Of a DNA stretch of 57,944 nt, positions 53,081-57,944 are shown piece after piece (the first letter of the stretch is position 1; every line of letters starts with the position of its first letter). The notes under the pieces are model-generated. The model searched no databases. It was not told the DNA's origin and saw only the letters and a program-made list of their open reading frames with translations. A program made the translations under genes and the position numbers. Source of the DNA: an uncultured Methanosarcinales archaeon (GTDB lineage: Archaea; Nanobdellota; Nanobdellia; Woesearchaeales; GW2011-AR9); NCBI GenBank assembly GCA_964542815.1, contig CAZIUU010000001.1:12206-70149 (forward strand), read 5' to 3'.

Positions 53081-53928
53081 TTTTTAGTTTGAATAAATTG
53101 CCTCTCGGTTTGGTCTCTTATCCGCTTAGCCACTTCTTTATTCTTCTGAGTTAGTACTTGAATATTTTCGGGGTAATGGTGATAAAAATAATCCTGAAGA
53201 TCTTTCATATTTAATTGGTTAATATTTTTAACTTGTGCATACAATTTTTCAGTACGCTTCACAAATTCTTCGGGATAATAAATTTGTATAATGACCTCTC
53301 CTACAATGAATACATCCATCATGAGTTTTCCGGTTTCGGTAGTAGTTCCCAATTTATATCTCATGCCTAAACTTTCCCAGCTGGGTCTCATTATTTTATC
53401 TAAAGCGGTATTAGACTTTATCAACACATACATCTTTCTATTCTGGAGAGATTCTTTGAGAAGATTCCATTCTTTTTCGGTGCCCACTGGGCTGATCCAA
53501 ACATGTTCGCTCTGCACACAAATGCTTTTGTCTTTGCTTTCAAGAGTATCACTGGAGAGATAATTTAAGATATACATATACAAATCCCACAGACAACTTA
53601 AACTTACGGTGGAAATTGAACTATTTTCTGCAATTGCTTGTTTTAGATAAGCTATTTCTAAAGAAGAGCCTAACTGTTTTACTTTCTTAATCCATTCATA
53701 ATTCAATTTGTAGCCTTCTTTATCGCGAGTTATCACCTCAAGTTTAACTAGTTCTTGAAGAGATTTGTGCACGGCTTGATAAGTCAATCCTAAAGAATAC
53801 TTGTTGTTTAAAGAATAAAAGATTTGGCGGAGAGTTAGAGGGCACCCTTTACTCACTAGTTCAATTATGGCACTTTTGGTGTTTTTTCCTTCAGTCGGGA
53901 ACATGATGCCATTAAGAGCTTTCATCAA
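53077..53928 (-). CDS. wHTH protein with a ~180-aa C-terminal domain; first gene of the minus-strand cluster
   Basis: KSAIIELVSKGCPLTLRQIFYSLNNKYSLGLTYQAVHKSLQELVKLEVI. The C-terminal domain aligns with that of 52271..53080. Confidence 0.6.
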   Translation of the reverse strand: MMKALNGIMFPTEGKNTKSAIIELVSKGCPLTLRQIFYSLNNKYSLGLTYQAVHKSLQELVKLEVITRDKEGYKLNYEWIKKVKQLGSSLEIAYLKQAIAENSSISTVSLSCLWDLYMYILNYLSSDTLESKDKSICVQSEHVWISPVGTEKEWNLLKESLQNRKMYVLIKSNTALDKIMRPSWESLGMRYKLGTTTETGKLMMDVFIVGEVIIQIYYPEEFVKRTEKLYAQVKNINQLNMKDLQDYFYHHYPENIQVLTQKNKEVAKRIRDQTERQFIQTKK

Positions 53929-54034
53929 TTGAACTTATTTTTTGCTACATTTAAACTTTTTGGTTGATTTTTAAGTTATCATTTCAACCGTACTTATATA
54001 ACAACCATTCGATTATACCTTCGTAAATCTTCCA

Positions 54035-54469
54035 ATGGAACCGAAAAACCTCCAGTTCCTCTCCTGCCTGCGTGAAAACTCGCGAGAGAAACTAACTGAA
54101 ATCAGCAAAAAGACCAATATTCCTATCTCTACGTTGTTTGATATGCTTAAAGAGATGCAGGGAAGTGTTATTACTAAATATACAGTGCTGCTTAATTTCC
54201 ATCAATTGGGCTATCAGGCACATGCGCAGGTGTTTCTGAAAGTAAATCCAGAGTGTAAAGAGAAGCTCAGAAACCATCTCCAATTAAATCAAAATGTAAA
54301 TGGTTTGTATAAAATCAACAACGATTGGGATTTCATGATTGAAACTTTGCATAAAAATATTCGGGAATTAGACGGCTTCATGGACTCGCTCAGTTCAAAG
54401 TTTAAGATAGAAAAGCATCAGATACACTATTTGGTGGATGAGATTAAAAGGGAAGGGTTTGTGGTTTGA
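54035..54469 (+). CDS. Lrp/AsnC-family transcriptional regulator
   Basis: HTH LSCLRENSREKLTEISKKTNIPISTLFDMLKEM, followed by a RAM-like domain (QAHAQVFLKV...DFMIETLH). Confidence 0.6.
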   Translation: MEPKNLQFLSCLRENSREKLTEISKKTNIPISTLFDMLKEMQGSVITKYTVLLNFHQLGYQAHAQVFLKVNPECKEKLRNHLQLNQNVNGLYKINNDWDFMIETLHKNIRELDGFMDSLSSKFKIEKHQIHYLVDEIKREGFVV

Positions 54470-54490
54470 TTGGAAGAATATTTAATATTA

Positions 54491-55294
54491 TTATTCATTT
54501 TGCGTATTACCCCCATTTTGTATATTTTGTTGGTTAGGTATTCCAATTATAATCCTATTTTTTGGTGTGATGCTTTTCGGAAGGTACTCTAACAAAATTT
54601 TGTAACCTTGTTCTCTGGCGTATTGTGCTCTAATCAAATCCTGATAGACATCAAATTTATTCAAATCATAGTCTTTACCAGAAGGATATTCTTTTGGAAC
54701 CAGGATTATACTATCCAAATCATGGCAGCAAGGCGAAACGGCAAATTTCAAACGCTGTTCTAGACAATTTTTTATGAAAAAATCAGTCAGATTTCCACAC
54801 GCATGAATAGCTATCACCAAATAATCTTCTCTCTTTTTTCTTCTATCCCTCCTTTCTTCCTCACCTCTTTTCACAGACAGTTTCAATTCTCGATAAAAAT
54901 CGGGTCTAGTTAAATCACCTTGGATAAATTTATTTCTCTCTTTAAGGTTGGGAAATAGAGAAATGACTTTTTCTTCTACGTTATCATATTTAGTGGTTTT
55001 ATGAATATCTACGGAAATAGTTTCCGAAGTTTCAGCTTTTGGTTCAACTTTTGTTTTAACAGCTAATCCTCCATTTCTCAATAACCAACACCAACTGGCT
55101 AAGCCATTGCCACAAAATAGATTAGCTATTCTATTATAATGCACGCTTTCACGATGTAATGTTTCCTCAACAATTTTTCTGAAATAAATTACTTTGTAAG
55201 CATGTTTAATACCTAAACCGCTTTCTCGTGCAATTTCTAAGAAAGAAGCAATTCCTTTACTTGATAAATTGATATTTTGGCTGGTCATATTCAA
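54491..55294 (-). CDS. putative SAM-dependent methyltransferase (Methyltransf_32-like)
   Basis: LFCGNGLAS (Gly-rich), IAIHACGNLTD and VSPCCH resemble the hACGdLtd...CCY signature as I remember it for PF13679-type enzymes. Low certainty. Confidence 0.4.
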   Translation of the reverse strand: MNMTSQNINLSSKGIASFLEIARESGLGIKHAYKVIYFRKIVEETLHRESVHYNRIANLFCGNGLASWCWLLRNGGLAVKTKVEPKAETSETISVDIHKTTKYDNVEEKVISLFPNLKERNKFIQGDLTRPDFYRELKLSVKRGEEERRDRRKKREDYLVIAIHACGNLTDFFIKNCLEQRLKFAVSPCCHDLDSIILVPKEYPSGKDYDLNKFDVYQDLIRAQYAREQGYKILLEYLPKSITPKNRIIIGIPNQQNIQNGGNTQNE

Positions 55295-56114
55295 TTTTAT
55301 TGTATCTTTTGAACAGTTCTTCAGAAGAGAAATCTTCTTTGCCCAATTCTGAGGATACTTTTACCGTAATTGTCTCAATACCCGTCGTGTTTCTGATAGC
55401 TGGAGTTCCTTCAATGAGGCGTTCTTTCTCTTCTTTAGAGCTAACATAAAGAATAACTTCACGATAATTAGTTAATTGGCCTTTCCGATCTCTTTTTTGA
55501 ATTCTACCGTTTAATTGTTGTCGGGTTTCTCTTAAGATTTGTTCCAAAGACTCATTTTTTGAGTCTATCTTGTTTTCTTCATAGTTAGGCCAATTTCCGT
55601 TGCTGGTTAGATTTTCTTCTGGCCAATAATGAGTTGCTAATTCTTCAATAGTTTGAGGAATAAAAGGATAAAGCATGATTAATTGCTTTTTGACAAAATC
55701 TTTTATTAACTCCTGATTATTTCCCTCTCTTTGCAAATACCATTTTAAGTCATTTTGCATTTCAAAAAAAGCATCATTTATGGCCCAGCGCACTTCAGCA
55801 TCTTCCAAATAATGTCCCACTTTTTTAGTGAAATTATGTGTTCTGGAAACCAACCATTGGTCAATTGTGGAATATTGTTTGCCTGTAATTACCGAAGTAC
55901 TCTCTTTACTGACTTCTTTATTCTCTCCCAGCATTCTTTCTATGTATAATCTAAATTTATGCAGATGCTGAGAATACTTTTTGGCTAACTCTGCTTTCCA
56001 GTCAAAATTATCAAAAGGACCCTGTCCATGAGCAATATATAATCTGGCTCCATCAACCCCATATTCCTGAAGAGCATCATTCCAAAAAACAACGTGGCCC
56101 TCTGATTTAGACAT
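55257..56114 (-). CDS. leuS: leucyl-tRNA synthetase, C-terminal fragment (begins at the MSKS of KMSKS)
   Basis: MSKSEGHVVFWNDALQEYGVDGARLYI is the class I KMSKS region, followed by the anticodon-binding helical domain. It is out of frame with the upstream fragment. Confidence 0.85.
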   Translation of the reverse strand: MSKSEGHVVFWNDALQEYGVDGARLYIAHGQGPFDNFDWKAELAKKYSQHLHKFRLYIERMLGENKEVSKESTSVITGKQYSTIDQWLVSRTHNFTKKVGHYLEDAEVRWAINDAFFEMQNDLKWYLQREGNNQELIKDFVKKQLIMLYPFIPQTIEELATHYWPEENLTSNGNWPNYEENKIDSKNESLEQILRETRQQLNGRIQKRDRKGQLTNYREVILYVSSKEEKERLIEGTPAIRNTTGIETITVKVSSELGKEDFSSEELFKRYNKIEYDQPKYQFIK

Positions 56115-57943
56115 TTTTTTCCTTCTAAAATAACGTGCCAGTTAACTACGATTCCCTGAGGCCATTTCTCTTCCGGAAATATTGCTGTGTGATGAAAGAT
56201 AGAAAACGGAAAATGGACTTGTTTATGCTCCATCCCACCCATATTCAAATCTAAAGGATAAATCTGGTCAAACTCTTCTTTTATTTCTTGGAGAAGGTGC
56301 GGTTCTACTCCTGTCTTTCTGCTTGCTTCATTCAATTCCCCTTTTCCCAGCATGACATAATCAAAAAAAATAGGATTAAGATTAGCAGCAGAGATTTCTC
56401 CCTGATTGATTCTTCTGGCGATGGGGAAAAAAGCCATATAAACATTACTATCAGCTAAAGCTTCAATCATCAAGCCAGGATCATAAGGAAAAACAGTTCC
56501 TAACCCCGTTGCTCTGGTCAAAGGCCTTTCTTTCAGCCAGGAGATGATTGTTCCGCTTAATTCGTCTTTATACTCTTTTGGGAAAATATTCATTTTCTGA
56601 ACACATCTCCGGGCTAATTCTTTCCATTGTGTGTTAGAGTAATCTACAAACCATTGGTTAGGAATGGATTTAATGATAATTCGATCGCCGCAGCGGCAGT
56701 GTACTTCTGTGGATAATTCAGAAATCACTTCTAAATGCCCGGCCATTTCTAAATCTTGCCTAATCTGTGTCCGGGCTTCTTCAGTATTCATTCCGGCATA
56801 TTTCCCGGTGGAAGAATTCATTGAGCCTCTGTTTTCCATGCGGTATAATCTTTTTTTTACTTGTTCTAAATCCGCATGCTCCGGACCACCCATTTGATTG
56901 ATAATTACTTTGGCTGGAATGAGTATTCCTTGCGCTAATGAATCTTGCTCCATCTCAATCACAGGAAAAATCCTACTTTCTAAATCCGGCCGTTCTTTCA
57001 TCAAATATAAATAATCATGAGGATCGTGCGCAGGTACACTCATTACTACGCCCGTCCCATCTTTTGGAGAGACAAAATCCCCTTTAACTAAAGGTACTTT
57101 CTCTCCATTAATTGGATTAGTAACCAATAAATTCTCTAAAGTACTTTTTTCGACACGATTTTTAACTAAAATTTTCTTGCCTAAATCTATAATTTGTTGG
57201 ACAGAATCTTTCGCTAAAACCCACGTTTCTTCTCCAAAATTACCCTCAACAGCGCATTCAACATACTCAGCATTGGAATTAAACCAAAGATTAGTTACGC
57301 CAAAAATAGTTTCCGGTCTTAAAGTGGCGATAGGAAATATTTTTTCTCTGGGTATTTGTTCTTCTGTTATTATTTCTCCCGTTCTAAACTTAATCAGATT
57401 ATAATCAATAATTCTAATTTCAGAGACATTTTCCGGCACTCTGATATCAGCACCAGCAGCATCTATGGCTACAGGATTATCACAACTGGGGCACCACGGC
57501 AGGCGATAGGGTTTTTTGAGAATGTAGCCCTTTTCCAATAACTTTTCCATCTGCCATTCAATGAAGCGGTTATAATGGGGGTCAATAGTAGATACGGCTG
57601 TATCATAATCTAAAGAAAGATTGGCTTTCATCATGGATGTAGTAATTTTCCTCTCGAGAAGTTTCTCTAGCTGAAAAACATTTCGAATCCCCTTGATTTC
57701 TTCAAGAGGTATTTTGTAATCTTCAACTATATGTAGATTTTCTTTAATCTTATCAAATAAAACCAAGCAATCTATGCCAGTAGCATGAAAACCTAAAGGA
57801 AAAAAAACATTTTCTCCTTTTAATCGATGGTATCGAGCTTGAATATCCGGAGGGACATAGGAACGGAGATGTCCAACATGAAGTGCTCCCGAAACAGTCG
57901 GATAGGCAAACTGGATGAAAAATTGTTTGTTTGTTGGGTTCTT
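55985..57943 (-). CDS. leuS: leucyl-tRNA synthetase, N-terminal fragment (5'-partial; the frame is open to the window edge)
   Basis: Translating beyond the ORF-track TTG gives KNPTNKQFFIQFAYPTVSGALHVGHLRSYVPPDIQARYHRLKGENVFFPLGFHATG, which includes the HVGH (HIGH) motif. CP1/editing region TLRPETIFGVTNLW. Reads ...WHVILEGKK and then goes out of frame. Confidence 0.9.
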   Translation of the reverse strand, partial: KNPTNKQFFIQFAYPTVSGALHVGHLRSYVPPDIQARYHRLKGENVFFPLGFHATGIDCLVLFDKIKENLHIVEDYKIPLEEIKGIRNVFQLEKLLERKITTSMMKANLSLDYDTAVSTIDPHYNRFIEWQMEKLLEKGYILKKPYRLPWCPSCDNPVAIDAAGADIRVPENVSEIRIIDYNLIKFRTGEIITEEQIPREKIFPIATLRPETIFGVTNLWFNSNAEYVECAVEGNFGEETWVLAKDSVQQIIDLGKKILVKNRVEKSTLENLLVTNPINGEKVPLVKGDFVSPKDGTGVVMSVPAHDPHDYLYLMKERPDLESRIFPVIEMEQDSLAQGILIPAKVIINQMGGPEHADLEQVKKRLYRMENRGSMNSSTGKYAGMNTEEARTQIRQDLEMAGHLEVISELSTEVHCRCGDRIIIKSIPNQWFVDYSNTQWKELARRCVQKMNIFPKEYKDELSGTIISWLKERPLTRATGLGTVFPYDPGLMIEALADSNVYMAFFPIARRINQGEISAANLNPIFFDYVMLGKGELNEASRKTGVEPHLLQEIKEEFDQIYPLDLNMGGMEHKQVHFPFSIFHHTAIFPEEKWPQGIVVNWHVILEGKKCLNQRATLFFGMMLFRNMGLMEPDYILLMDRVLLIILTGKQS

Positions 57944-57944
57944 T

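Noticed and set aside
43053-53928. Integrated provirus or plasmid as the explanation for the whole minus-strand cluster (SF3-like NTPase, AAA ATPase, small membrane proteins, wHTH regulators).
   Set aside because: No integrase or recombinase, no tRNA or att-like direct repeats at the borders, and no recognisable capsid or packaging genes are visible. I kept this as one alternative hypothesis in the finding rather than annotating a mobile element.
1-57944. tRNA, rRNA, transposase/IS elements and CRISPR arrays.
   Set aside because: I scanned the intergenic regions by eye and found no cloverleaf-compatible sequence with T-loop GTTCRANYC-type motifs. There are no rRNA-like stretches, no transposase-like ORFs and no spaced repeat arrays. 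A tRNAscan/Infernal run would be needed to be certain.

Overview
This window looks like a chromosomal segment from a small-genome archaeon. Archaeal or eukaryal-type markers are ribosomal protein S6e, diphthine synthase, Elp3, archaeal-type ProRS and LeuRS, TrmB and Lrp regulators, and FtsZ. It is AT-rich by eye. The many giant Cys-rich secreted proteins suggest a DPANN-like episymbiont, but that is inference only.

Layout:
- 1-11.1 kb: a co-directional cluster of secreted or membrane-anchored Cys-rich surface proteins, interrupted by a HEPN-MNT toxin-antitoxin cassette.
- 11.1-30.7 kb: housekeeping genes (rps6e, ftsZ, proS, dph5, elp3) mixed with small TA modules (a VapBC-like module with a duplicated antitoxin, an orphan AbrB), a stand-alone receiver domain, a membrane-anchored MepA-like murein endopeptidase, a transglutaminase-like protein and a metallophosphoesterase.
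- 30.9-43.0 kb: a tightly coupled 8-gene plus-strand operon. It encodes two divergent Ser/Thr kinases (one a transmembrane receptor kinase), a PP2C phosphatase, a TPR protein, two beta-rich propeller-like proteins, a Rossmann-like protein and a coiled-coil membrane protein.
- 43.0-53.9 kb: a convergent 10-gene minus-strand cluster. It has three paralogous wHTH proteins (one fused to FIST), three N-terminally anchored small proteins, a long helical protein, a Vps4/katanin-like AAA ATPase, an SF3-helicase-like P-loop ATPase and a large helical protein.
- 54-57.9 kb: an Lrp-type regulator, a methyltransferase, and a LeuRS gene that runs off the window edge and is split by a frameshift exactly at KMSKS.

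The most unusual non-coding signal is a five-copy family of 120-210 nt intergenic elements. They have nested covarying stems and an almost invariant UCCCCGUAGGGGGCA..UCCCC apex. I could not assign them to any RNA class I know.

I found no rRNA, tRNA, CRISPR array, integrase or transposase.
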